Assembly: GCF_009914755.1 (NCBI RefSeq)
Contig: NC_060929.1
Length of the DNA stretch: 64,000 bases
Origin: the human T2T-CHM13v2.0 reference genome, Homo sapiens
Direction: 5' to 3' (one strand)
Shown piece after piece: positions 1-25,809 of the stretch. The notes below the pieces were generated by a model. The model was given only the letters and a program-made list of their open reading frames with translations, did not search any database and was not told the DNA's origin. The first letter of the stretch is position 1, and each line of letters begins with the position of its first letter. The position numbers were made by a program, and so were the translations under genes.

Positions 1-2295
<2,295 letters not shown>

Positions 2296-2325
2296 TCAAA
2301 AAAAAAAAAAAAATTATAAAGAGTA

Positions 2326-2680
2326 TGATGTGGTTTGGCTGTGTCCCCACCCAAATCTCATCTTGAATTCTCACATGTTGTGGGAGGGATGCAGTGGGAA
2401 GTAATTGAATCACGGGGGCAAGTCTTTCCCATGCTGTTCTCGTGATAGTGAATAAGGCTCACACGATCTGGTGGTTTTTATAAGGTGGAGTTTCCCTGCA
2501 CAAGCTCTCTCTTTGCTTGCTGCCATCCACATAAGATGTGACTTGCTCCTCCTTCCTTCGACCATGATTGTGAGGCCTCCCCAGGCACGTGGAACTGTTA
2601 AGTCCAATAAACCTGTTTCTTTTGTAAATTGCCCAGTCTCTGGTATGTCTTTATCAGCAGTGTGAAAATGTACTAACACA
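2326..2680 (+). mobile_element. THE1 (THE1A-like) MaLR solo LTR
   Basis: TGATGTGGTTTGGCTGTGTCCCCACCCAAATCTCATCTTGAATT...CTAACACA, internal AATAAA, 5-bp TSD GAGTA at 2321-2325 and 2681-2685. Confidence 0.92.
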
Positions 2681-3537
2681 GAGTAGTAACTGCCAAGCAA
2701 CTGATTACTGTAAAAGTCAGGATGGTGGTTTATCTCTAAGAAGAGAGAGGTGGTATGTGACAGACAAGAGCCACAAGGCGAGCTTTGAGGAAGGGGCATT
2801 GTCTATTTTCTCTTTCCCTAATTGGATGGTGGCTACACAGGTGTTTCCTTTAGAATTTTTCTTTTTGTGCATTTCTGTTTTCTGTCTTTCTTGTATATGT
2901 TTTCATTTTGGAATTTTAAAAGTTGGAAACAACAGGAAGTGTAAGTGGTAGTCTCTGGCCTTAGTTTGCTCCTGAAACTCAATTTGGAGCTATTGATAAA
3001 TGCTGAATTAATGTCCAGAAAATACATTTAATTCAGTAGTTTAATACTATTATGAGACATTATTACTATATCAGAATAAGGGTATTTCTTCTTTTCTTTT
3101 TTTCTTTTCTTTTTTTTGAAATGGAGTCCCACTCTGTCACCCAGGCTGGAGTACAGTGGCACAATCTCAGCTCACTGCAATCTCTGCCTCCCGGGTTCAA
3201 GGAATTCTCTGCCTCAGCCTCCCGAGTAGCTGGGATTACAGGCACCCACCACCACGCCCAGCTAATTTTTGTATTTTTAGTAGAGACGGGGTTTCACCAT
3301 CTTGGCCAGGCTGGTCTTGAACTCCTGACCTTATGATCCACCTGCCTCGGCCTCCCAAAGGGCTGGGATTACAGGCGTGAGCCACCGTGCCCAGCCACTT
3401 CTTTTCACTTACTCAGAAAGCAACTCAAGCTTGACAGATATGGAGTGAGCTATCTGTAGAGAAGAAACAAAAGAACAATCATTTTTAGTTGGGGGGCAGA
3501 ACAAGCATGTGGCAAAGTACTACATAAAGATGGCTAG

Positions 3538-4614
<1,077 letters not shown>

Positions 4615-4779
4615 ACGCCAAATGGCACTTTGGAGTACAGGGAAAGAGAGGTAGGTAATTTAGAGATGCATATATACATGGTAAAACACTAAAGAAAAAT
4701 AATAATCCAAAATTCAATATAATTGTTACTTATAGTGGAGGGTACAGAACTTATAGGTGTGACCCCGCACCCCTAGGAC

Positions 4780-5016
4780 ACAGTACACTAGCCTATAAGA
4801 GGCCTCTATGTGAACTAGAAAAAAGAATTGTTTTCTGAGCAGATAATTAGAAAAATGACATATCCACTGGGTAGGAACCAGCCTATGGACCCTCAGCCTA
4901 GCACCAGGTGGTGTCTTTGTACCCAAGGAAAAAGCTCCATTTTTTAGGAGGCAAATCCCTCTCCCCTTGGTAAGGCACCTTTTTGCAGTGGCCAAATTGT
5001 ACCAGCATGCTGGCCG
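4780..5016 (-). mobile_element. MER91-like hAT DNA transposon remnant
   Basis: Ends resemble MER91; flanked by the direct repeat ACCCCTAGGAC (4769-4779, 5017-5027). Confidence 0.5.
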
Positions 5017-5284
5017 ACCCCTAGGACCTTCAGAGCTTTTGTAACATTCTAATTCTCAAGCCAAGTAGAAGGTATATAGGGTTTGTTTTTCATAATTATT
5101 TTGCAAATTGTATATATGCATTACATGCTCTTTCTCATATATTCACAATATTTTAAAAAGTATTCAGCAATGTGATGAAATATAGCATCATTGTACCCCA
5201 TGCAGACCTTTGCCACTACCTCAATGTCAGTCTCCTTCTGACTACAATCTAAAAATCAGAGAATTCTGAAGGACATTAGAGTGA

Positions 5285-6790
<1,506 letters not shown>

Positions 6791-8751
6791 AAAACAAACA
6801 AACAAACAAACAAACAGACAAAACATCTGACATGCCAACCTGAAAGGAAGCAAAGAGGCAGAAAGAACTTGGAAGGTTCTATGCCAGCCCCACCATCTTG
6901 GACTCGGAGATACTACAACTCAGAGATTGCCTTGCCTCTTCCAAAGAAGCCCAAGACCTTTCTTTTTTTAAAATAGAGGACCTTGGATAGGACAAGACTA
7001 CAGAAACACCTGTTAACCTCTCCCATACTGTCTACTGTCTTCAGAAGGGGTCACTTGGGTTTATTGGTCCAAAAATCCAAGCCCCAGACCATGAAGTGAA
7101 AGTTTTGCTTCTTAAATATAAGCTCTTCCCACCCTTCCAGACCCAAGAACTGTCTCTACCCAACTATGATGTTGAGTCTAGACAAGTACTTACAGAGGGC
7201 CTTACAGATAGTCTAAATTCACATCTTCACCCTTCTGTTAAATTGTTTTTACAAATACAAAAATAATACATATTTGTTCCTGATTTTTGGCACCAAAAAT
7301 TATAATACATAGTCTTTAGGAAAATTCAAAGATTTAGAAGAATAAAGAAAAGCATATGTAGCATATTAGTGGGGGGGGGAGAATGAAAAGCAAAACTCTC
7401 ACTTCACCCTAATCTTCCTCTACTTCCCCCAAAAGTAAACCTTCTGAAATATATCCTCTCAGACCTCTTTTCATACATTTATAAAATGTACACACACAAT
7501 TATCTTTTTCTTAACATAAATAGGATCATAGTATAATACTCTAATATGCTTTTTACACATATTATTCCTTAGAAATAGATCCATATTAGTAAATTTGTTT
7601 CTAGTTTTCACTATGAAAAACAGTGCTACAATATGTTTGTATACTCATGTATATTTGTGTAGAACAGATTCCTGGAAACAAAATTGTTTAGAATTAAAGA
7701 ATAACACAGTTAAAATTTAATATATGTTACCAAACCTACCTCCAAAGAGGTGTTATAAAAATATATGAGAATGACTATTTGCTTAAACTTTCACCAAAAA
7801 GGGACTTTATGTATATTTTTAGCCAATCTAATGAGCAAAAACAATGGCACACGTTATTGAACTTGCATTTCTCTAATCACAAGTGCGGTTGAGTGTTATG
7901 CTTCCTGGCCAGTTGTATTACTTAGTCAGTGAATTCTCTGTCCATTTCCATTGCCTGTTTTTCTGATTGCAACATCTTCATTTTCATCACAAAAGTAGCA
8001 ACTATATATTGAGCATCTGACTGTGCTGGTCCCTACACTATGTATTTTTAAGTAAATTATTTCTTAAAACAACCCATTTTGCAGATGAGAAATGTGAGAA
8101 CCATATAGAGAGGAAATTCAAACCCTGGTCTATTTTACTCTAAAACCTGCACATTCCCCACTATATCACTATACCAAAAAGCTTCATTTTACCTAAATGT
8201 GGTAGGACCAAAGGAAAGTGACTCACCCAAACACTCAGCCCTGTAGATGTCCCTTTCAGTCGGCAAGTATGGTAGGCTTTTTACCACCCTCTTCTTCCCG
8301 TCCAGAAAACAAGGTTGAAAACTGCCAAAAAAGTCTGTTCAGGCAAACTTGGCTGCCTATTATCTGTGTCCTTAGAGATAAAGAACCAGCGTCGAAGATA
8401 AAGAAAGTAGAAACACCAAGAAACATGGAGACCTTGGACCCATTCCATCCAGTATCGCAGTCAAGGCAGCAGGCTGATGGCCTGACAAGTCAGCCAGGGT
8501 TTCCAGGCACCTCCCAACACCCTCCTGCTGTGCTATAATTAAAACAAAAAAAAAAAACCTGAGGCATGGCAAACTTTTAATCACAGGCATGAGTAACAAA
8601 GTTTAAGGTCTGGGTTTTTATAAAATCAAAATGATGGCCGGGCACGGTGGCTCACGCCTGTAATGCCAGCACTTTGGGAGGCTGAGGTGGGCGCATCATG
8701 AGGTCAGGAGATCAACACCATCCTGGCTAACACAGTGAAACCCCGTCTCTA

Positions 8752-8928
<177 letters not shown>

Positions 8929-8945
8929 TCAAAATGATTATTTTA

Positions 8946-9116
<171 letters not shown>

Positions 9117-9473
9117 CTACCCAAAAAATACAAAAATTAGCTGGGCATGGTGGCACACACCTATAGTCCCAGCTACTCAGGAGGCTGAGTTGAGAGGATC
9201 ACTTGAGTGTGGGGAGTTAAGGCTTCAATGGGCCATGATTGTGCCACTGCACTCCAGCCTGGGCAACTGAGTGAGATCCTATCTCAAAAAACAGAATTTC
9301 TGGCCAGGCACAGTGGCTCATGCCTGTAATCCCAGCACTTTTGGGAGGCCAAAGCAGGTGGATCACCTGAGGTCAGGAGTTCAAGGCCAGCCTGACCAAC
9401 ATGGTGAAACTCTGTCTCTACTAGAAATACAAAATTAGCTGGGCGTGGTAGCACATGCCTGTAATCCCAGCTA

Positions 9474-9662
<189 letters not shown>

Positions 9663-12457
9663 TTATTGTTCATATTGATCATAATGTTCCCAAGAAAGAA
9701 AGATGGGGTAAATTATGTCTAAGAAACTGCCAAACTCCCTTCTTTTCTCCCCAAAACATTAAGCACCTATGTGATGGGTTGATAATAGTCTGAAGCTGGG
9801 ATGGATATATGGAGTCACATTAAACTAGCCTTTCTACCTTCATATAATTAAAATTTTCCACCAGCTGGACACAGTGGCTCAAGCCTGGCCTGTAATCCCA
9901 ACACTTTGGCCAGGAGAATCGCTTGAGTCCAGCAATTGAAGACCAGCCTGGGCAACATAGTGAGACCCCATCTCTAAAAAAAAAAAAAAAAATCCAATAA
10001 AAAATCACCCCAAAAAAAGTGCCAGGCACTGGGGTAGAACACAATGAGTAAAACAGTTTCTATTCTTTTGAGGAGCATAATCCATTTTGTTATCATGGTA
10101 ACAGCTGACAAAGCACTTTCTCAAATGTATTAACTGATCATCCTGTAAATACATATTATGATTCCACGTTGATGTGGGAGCCTCCTACTTTTTGCTATGC
10201 CCTTTCTTCCTGGTCTTTCTTGTTTTCTGTGATAAATCTGTTCTAGGGAGGGTCAGATCCCTGTCAGTTGGGGGTGGGAGGGGTAGAGCGAGACCAGGAT
10301 GGAAAGAAGACCTTTATCCTGTGGGTGGAGACCTGAATGGGGTTAGTTTCAGGATATCTCAGACAATATCATCAGAATCTTAAATGCCGTCGCCAACCTT
10401 TTAAACACTTAGAGTGAGCCTTTCACTTACAGATTCTTCCTTTGAATTCAGGGTGATTTTTTTTATTTTTAGACAGCTAAACTGGGTCACAGAAAAAGAG
10501 CTCCTTTCCCAGAATTACACAGAAAAATAGCATAAAATGTTATTCCCTTCGACTCCCAGAATCTCCTTCTGTGAAGTTCAACCATGAAAAGCAGGACTGA
10601 TGCTTCCAGCTAAATTTTGTTTCAAATTGGTTTGATCATCTACTCTACAGAGCAACCCAGGCAGCCCATTCACCTCTGCAATGCTGTCTCCCTCAGCTCT
10701 CAGAGCCCACAGAATCTGTTCTGCTTCAGTTCTCTCTTAGAAGCCTCTACTAATTTTCCCCCACGTGGTTGTAAAGTCCTATTCATGTGTACAATGTCCA
10801 CTTCTTCTTTATAAGTCAGACCTGAAAAACTTCAGAGAGTTCAACCATACTGAATATACCCTGTTGCTTCTTTGTTGTCTAATTCTCAAATGTGTAAAAA
10901 GAAGCATGAGTTTACGGCCAAAAATCAGGCTGGTTGTCAGAGACAAGCACTTGTCTATTATCCCCACTTCATCCACAATTACTTCATCCTCCCAGCCTCA
11001 GTTTCCCTGTTTACACACAGCCTAGAATCTGGTGCTTTCTCCCTCCTTGCCAGGAAGTTGATACAGATCTTGATGTAAAAGCAGGGCAAAAAGAGAGAGA
11101 GAAAAAAAAGCAGGGCCGAGGGCTCTCCAAGTTCTTTCAGAGACATAGTAAACAGTTGTTTGCTTGTCAAAGGACCTATATGGGCCACTACAGTGCAGAC
11201 AACACAATTTCCCACAATGGAGGTAAGCAAAATAAAAGACCATGGACAGAGGAAAGATGACTGGAAGGAAGCCCCAGTTTTCCTTATCACCCCTCAAGCT
11301 TTGTAGGGGAGGTATAGAGGCAGTCAGCCTGACTCACAGCCAGCGCTACTGCTCCCCGGCCAAAGAGGGTTCAGAAGCGAAGGGCTGCTGGATTCAAAGG
11401 TCCTAGGCTGACAAACATAATGGGATGTATTCATCCGAGGACTGGCAGGCTTTCCTTTCAGCTCCGGCTCCTCAGGGTATAAGTCAACTTCCTCTCACTC
11501 GTTCTCATTCCTGAGAACCCTGGGAGCTGACAGACGAATGGGGATAAGGGCCAGACTAGGAGATGCCCTTACAGCCCCAGGTAGAAGAACTGGTTCAAGA
11601 TGCAGGACATCTGAGAAGAGGAAACAGATTTCCCCCCGTGGCTCCAAGCATTTCTGTAAGCACCACCTGTACCTGTCACGAGGAAAAAGCTCCTATTAGC
11701 CCTAAAACTAGCCCTCTCCACTTCCCAGCCTCTGAGAGAACGCCAAGTAATGAGAAGGGAAACCAATGAAACATGGGCTGAAAGCATTACCTCATCAGAG
11801 TGAACCCCCATTGGCTGCAATGACTCTGGACGAGGCTTGCACGCTAGTAAATTAACCCTTGTCAGGAACATAGACCTCCATGTGGGACCCCTTCCCTCCC
11901 CTACTGCTCCTTGTTTTCAAATTAGGAAAAGGGGTAGATGGGGAACAATAGACCTTTCCCTAACATTTTTCTTAGGCATAGGTAGCTATACAATGGTTAT
12001 GAGGAAGTTTGTATCTCCTCTCCCCAAAATTGTTCAGTGCCTTTTGAACCAAAATGGAGCCACCTGCAACAGACTGATAAATATGGGTTACGTAGGAAGA
12101 GGCAGAGTGAATTATCAGTCGTTTTCTAAACCTACCTACCATGGAATTGTCAGAGGGGCAAAGACCAAAAAGAATAATAAAAATTAAAACACCTTGGGAA
12201 AGATTGGCAATAAATTGATCTTGTTTTTTGCAACTTATTTTTTAAGGTTATCCTCATAGGTACAGCCTCTATTTTTAATGCAAACTGCCAAAAGATATGC
12301 TAATTTTTTAAAAAAGGCAAATAGCAGACAAAAGTTTGAATTTATTACTTGAATTGCTTCATGAATAAAGTGTTCAATAAACCTGTCTTCCTACTATCAA
12401 AACTCTGTATTTGACAGAACCAAGACAAAAGATTGTTGTATGCTTCAAAAACTATGC

Positions 12458-19503
<7,046 letters not shown>

Positions 19504-19742
19504 ATCAACACATAAGAAAGGAGACATAGGATAGCAGATTTTCCCATCCTACCACTCACTTGGCAGCTATAAAAGAACCAGAGAAAATAGAAAATGTCTT
19601 CCTTTTCTTTCTGGTGGTGATATGTGTTCAGAACAGAAGCTCTGGATTAAATTTTTTTGTCAGTGCAAACGTAAAACGATTTCCTGGCCAAGCATTAATC
19701 CTTTCCCTTTTTGCATGCTACTCTGGAATATATCTCACATGA

Positions 19743-20265
19743 TTTTTTTTTTTTACAAGGAGAACACCAAACATACTTTATTAGCACAAAAAAAGCAGCC
19801 ATAACAAGGCACAGCAAGCAGAAACATACATTAGCAGTCAAAAGTTTAGTGTTGCATACAAATATAGCTTTTCTTTTTTGTAGCCTTGGCAATAGCCATA
19901 GGGATGTAAAATAACATGCTGTAGCAGCAGGTAAGGAAACTATGGAGCACTCACCAGTGGTACAGAGCACATTAACGAAAAGACACGCGAGTGGATTCGG
20001 CTACTTTAGTGCAAAATGTCTAGGACAGAACTGTAAATTCAGTTCAGTTACTAAGAAGCAAACACTAGAACTTGATATAACTTCCAAAAGAGCTCACTCA
20101 AGTAGTAGTACATATTATTCTAAGTGACAAAAAGGTGCTAAGTAAAGTTATTTACAGATATAATGGTTGTACAGTACCTTTTAAATCTGCAATTTAGGTT
20201 TCAGATTTTCCATTAAGAATTAACTGCACTGAAATTCTATAAATTATACTTAAGCAATTCAGCTA
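19743..20265 (-). pseudogene. 5'-truncated processed retrocopy of an unidentified mRNA 3' UTR
   Basis: Poly(T) at 19743-19754, TTTATT (AATAAA on -) at 19777-19782, flanking direct repeat CTCACATGA at 19734-19742 and 20266-20274; AT-rich UTR-like body with no repeat I recognise. Confidence 0.75.
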
Positions 20266-21424
20266 CTCACATGAATCTTAAAGAGGCCTACATCGAAACC
20301 AAGAGCTGAAAGCACTTATTCAACAGTGGATAGCAGGACAGGCACGGTGGCTCACACCTGTAATCCCAGCACTTTGGGAGGCTGAGGCAGGCAGATCACC
20401 TGAGGCCAGGAATTCAAGACCAGCCTGGCCAACATGGGGAAACCCCGTCTCTACTAAAAATACAAAAATTAGCCAGGCATAGTGGCAGGCACCTATAGTC
20501 CCAGCTACTTGGGAGGCTGAGGCACGAGAATCACTTAAACCCTGGAGATGGCACCATGATGTCAGGATCTGGAAGAGAGAGAGGAGGAGGAGGAGGAGAA
20601 GAAGAATATTCAAATAATGCTTATTGAACATGTACTATATGCCAGGCCAGGCACTGTGTTGAGGGCTTTCCATTTGTTATTTATTTTATTTGAATTTATG
20701 TTAAAAATAATGTATTTAAAAATATATGCATAGAAAACAGAATGTGTGTTTGTGTATACATGTGTATATATATATAGAGAGAAAGGAAGTTACAAATAGT
20801 TATACAGCAAACATTCATGTTTTGAAACAAACTCAGGTCACAAAATAAAACATTGTCAGCACCTCAGAAGCTCCTGCCCCATTACAGTCCACACCTCCTT
20901 TTTAGAGGTAATCTGTATCCTGACTTTTAAATCACCTTTTCATTTTTCTTTATAATTTCACTATTGATATACTCATAAACATTCTACTGCTGAAACAGGA
21001 GACACCTTCCCTCCAGGGCCCTCCAGCCTTCATTCCAGGCTCCCTGCTGCTCTCAGGGCTGCTGCTCACACTTCCCTGTGGCCTTCCTGGCACATCCTCT
21101 GCTTTCTGGATCCCTTGCTCAATCACTTCTTGAGAAACAGGGCATGGAAAGTAAAAAGAAAAAGAAGTCAAAACTGCATCTCTGAAATGTCTTTATTGTA
21201 TCCTCACATTGATTGATAGTTTGGCTCAGAATAGAATTCTAGGTTAGAAATCACTTTCCATGGGACTTTTGAAGGCATTTCTCTATTGCCTTTTAGCTTC
21301 CAATGGCACTTGTGAGAATTCTGATTTCATTCTTATTCCTGTCCGTTTGTGCATGCTCTGTTTATCCCCTCTGGATGTTTTCAGGATCAGTTCTTTCTTT
21401 CTGGTTCTGGAGTTTCAGAGTGAT

Positions 21425-21843
21425 GACAGCTATGCTGCACTACCCATCCCCCTTTGGGAATATGGGACTTATTCCCCTAGCTTCTGTCAATGCTGCTGTA
21501 ACCCGCAGCTGACAACCCTCTTTAGAGAATGCCTTGGCTGAAGAAAACTTCCAGAGCCAGCCTGCATCCAGCTACCAGCAGCATGCGGACATGAAGGCCC
21601 AGCTCCCTCACCTCAACTGGCAACAACTCTGAAGGGTCCTCCTTGCTCTAGAGCTCCCCCTGGGAGGCAGGCTGAGATCCCCCACTGGCCCTGCATCACA
21701 GCCCAACTTTTTCCTCTGCTCAGACCTGTTCCCATCCCCTTTCTTACACAGGTGATTTTCCCAAGAGTACTTTCTTATAAATGTCCTGCCTGCTACTCTC
21801 CAGCTTGAGTCTGCCTCCCGGAGAACCCAACCGGCAACTTACA
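21425..21843 (+). mobile_element. LTR16-like ERVL solo LTR
   Basis: ACAACTCTG...CTAGAGCTCCCC...GGCTGAG...CTGCATCACAG...ACAGGTG...GAGTCTGCCTCCCGGAGAACCCAACC pattern. Confidence 0.7.
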
Positions 21844-22430
21844 ACGTGCCTTGCTGGGGTCTTGTTTATATGCATCATGTGGACAAACACTAGGCTTCGT
21901 ACTATTGCTAATGTTTACCTCCACTGTGAGTGTGGTGGCATTATGCCCATTTTATTAGATATAGAAACTGAGGCTATCAAAGAGAATAACTGGCATAACA
22001 AGGTCACATAGTAAGTAGCTAAAATAGGATTTGAAACAAGATCTCTCTTACTACAAAACAAGTACAGTGTTCATCTCTGGAGTGGCAATGGGAGTTTTGG
22101 CCACACACTGAGTCCCAGGCTTGAGGAAGGGAAGAAGAGCAGACTGCAGAATAAGTAAAAACACAGGAGCCAAGGCCATAGCATGAACACAGTTCTCCAC
22201 ATTCTCTCAGTGTAAGCCACTTTGTTCCCAGAGGAGGAAAGTGCTGCTGCTGCTGCAATAGATTTGTCCCTTCAGATACCATGGCATCCACTCAAATGCA
22301 AGCTGAGTTTACTACATGAGAAGTTCTGACAAATATTGGGACAGGAGCAACTGGGAAAAAAAAAAGAAAGAAAGAAAAGAAAGATACTCGCCGGACGAGG
22401 TGGTTCAGGCCTGTAATCCCAGCACTTTTA

Positions 22431-22637
<207 letters not shown>

Positions 22638-22776
22638 CTACAGCCTGGGTGACAAAAGTGAAACTCTGTCTCAAAAAAAAAAAAAGGAAAAAAAAAAAAG
22701 AAAGAAAAGAAAAAGAAAGATGAAGTATAGAAACAGAGGTTCTGTCTAGAGCTTTCCCCTTCTGACAAATATTTGA

Positions 22777-23297
<521 letters not shown>

Positions 23298-23626
23298 TCA
23301 CCCAGGCTGGAGTGCAGTAGCATGATCTAGGTTGGCATGTGGCATGATCTAGGTTGCTCACTGCAACCTCTGCCTCCTGGGTTCAAACAATTCTCATGTC
23401 TCAGCCTCCCAAGGAGCTGGAATTACAGGCATGCACCACCACGCCCAGCTAATTTTTGTGTTTTTAGTAGAGATGGGGTTTCATCATGTTGACCAGGCTG
23501 GTTTCAAACTCCTGACCTCAAGTGATCTGCCCGCCTCGGCCTCCCAAAGTGCTAGGATTACAGTCATGAGCCACCACGCCTGGCCCAAAAAATTCTTATA
23601 TGAGCAATTTAGAAGGGAGCAAAGAC

Positions 23627-23662
23627 ATCGCTTCTCGGCCTTTTGGCTAAGATCAAGTGTAG
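23627..23662 (+). pseudogene. U2 snRNA 5'-end fragment, tailless retropseudogene
   Basis: ATCGCTTCTCGGCCTTTTGGCTAAGATCAAGTGTAG matches U2 nt 1-36; flanked by AGAAGGGAGCAAAGAC at 23611-23626 and 23661-23676. Confidence 0.93.
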
Positions 23663-23968
23663 AAGGGAGCAAAGACCACCTGGTGACCATCAAACAGGCT
23701 ATCTGGCGGCAAAACTCCTTATCTGGGGAATTTAGAGGTAATCAAACTTCCCTAGTAACTAAAGTCAATATCTGATTCTAGGCCTCTTTCAACTTTTATA
23801 AGTAATTAAAATTTCTATACATTTCCGGAATGCCATGCTGAGACTAATTTTACAACCCTAAGCTCCCACCTTAAGGTCCATAAATGCCCCTAAGGAAAAT
23901 CCACCACGCATGCTCAGTCCTCTCGCTGAGGCCTGCGCTACACCCTTTTGCGGCGTTCTTCCTTTCTA

Positions 23969-24277
23969 TTTTTTTTTTTTTTTTTTTTTTTGAGACGGAG
24001 TCTTGCTCTTTCACCCAGGCTGGAGTGCAGTGGCGCGATCTCGGCTCACTGCAGGCTCTGCCCCCCGGGGTTCACGCCATTCTCCTGCCTCGGCCTCCCG
24101 CGTAGCTGTGACTACAGGCGCCCGCCACCTAACCCGGCTAATTTTTTTTTTGTATTTTTAGTAGAGACGGGGTTTCACGGTGTTAGCCAGGATGGTCTCA
24201 ATCTCCTGACCTCGTGATCCGCCAGTCTCGGCCTCCCAAAGTGCTGGGATTACAGGCGTGAGCCACCGCGCCCGGCC
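23969..24277 (-). mobile_element. AluY inserted in the LTR
   Basis: CpG-rich AluY; TSD core CGTTCTTCCTTTCTA at 23954-23968 and 24280-24294. Confidence 0.9.
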
Positions 24278-24656
24278 GACGTTCTTCCTTTCTAATGAAC
24301 TTTCCCTTTTCAAACCTATACTGTTATAGGTAAATTCTTAACCAACCCGCGAGTCGACCACTTCCGGTGCCAGAGCTCTGGAACCTCGCCTGACAATCTG
24401 CATTTTACAGAGAAAGACACAGACACACAGAAACGTTAAATCATACTAATGAAACAGAGCTGAGACGTGAAGCTAGGCAGTCTGGCTTCAAGATTCACTC
24501 TGGGAAAGTGCAATGGAACAACTTTCCAAATTTTTTGGTTTTGATAATCTTGCCAAAAGATGGAGACCTTATAAAGCTGGCAAAAAAGCACACTTTTGGA
24601 ACAGTATGTACTTAGATTTGCAACAGAGAGAAACATTTTATATTTGATGTTAATAG

Positions 24657-25128
<472 letters not shown>

Positions 25129-25298
25129 TTACATACTCCTTGAAACAATCTGACAACTAGGAATAATCATCTTCAGTCTATTTTGTAGTGACAACTAATG
25201 ATTATAATACACTGCTGGTATTAACTACGTCACTCACAGGAATCAGTAAGAGCGGAGGATCTGTATAGGAAAACATGCGGGTCCCTGAACCTTCAGGT

Positions 25299-25312
25299 GC
25301 GCCCCCTGGTGA
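25299..25312 (-). promoter_or_regulatory. Candidate CTCF site (TCACCAGGGGGCGC)
   Basis: 13/14 match to the CTCF core CCASYAGRKGGCRS in non-repeat DNA with CpG retained. Confidence 0.55.
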
Positions 25313-25716
25313 TGAGATTGGTTCTGCCCACGCTCCTGGCAAGTTCCTTGAGGGTTTCTGGATATTAGGGCAGCCAAGGCAACTTTCCAGTTTGTTCCAG
25401 CAGGGCTGGAAGTACCCTTAGATATCATCTTGTCCAGGTATACTACTTTACAATTGAGGAGGAAACTCAGGCTATGAGGAGAAGGGAGTTAATGGCAGAT
25501 GCAGAGCTGAAGACTAGGCCTCCTGATGGGGTGACAGCCATCCCAGTTTTCCTGGAACGCAGGACTTTGTCCAGGGGAAAACAAGATGAGCTGGTCACTC
25601 TGCCTGTTGGTTCTGGCTGTCCAGTGCTCTTTTAAATGTCTCCAGGGAGTTGCATGGTCCCAGGTTTGGGAAGAACCTTTGTCTGTTTCCCATGACTTTC
25701 AAAATTTACACTTAAG

Positions 25717-25809
25717 AAGCTTCATAAATTTGCATATCATCCTTATGCAGGAGTTATGCTAATCTCTATATCATTCCAATTTTAGTATATGCACTGTCAC
25801 AGCAAGCAC
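25717..25809 (-). pseudogene. U6 snRNA pseudogene (diverged, near full length)
   Basis: Reverse complement reads GTGCTTGCTGTGACAGTGCATATACTAAAATTGGAATGATATAGAGATTAGCATAACTCCTGCATAAGGATGATATGCAAATTTATGAAGC, colinear with U6; CpG decay and a damaged ACAGAGA box. Confidence 0.9.

Larger units (their letters stand above)
23601..24395 (+). mobile_element. ERV1-class solo LTR (LTR15-like, family tentative) carrying U2 and AluY insertions
   Basis: TG...CA ends, TATA-like CCATAAAT near 23878, degenerate polyA signal AATGAA near 24294; no matching LTR TSD seen. Confidence 0.65.

Noticed and set aside
10500-12440. 2-kb unique block with several overlapping ORFs
   Set aside because: No recognisable protein similarity and no polyA/TSD signature; it may be regulatory, but nothing specific is supportable.
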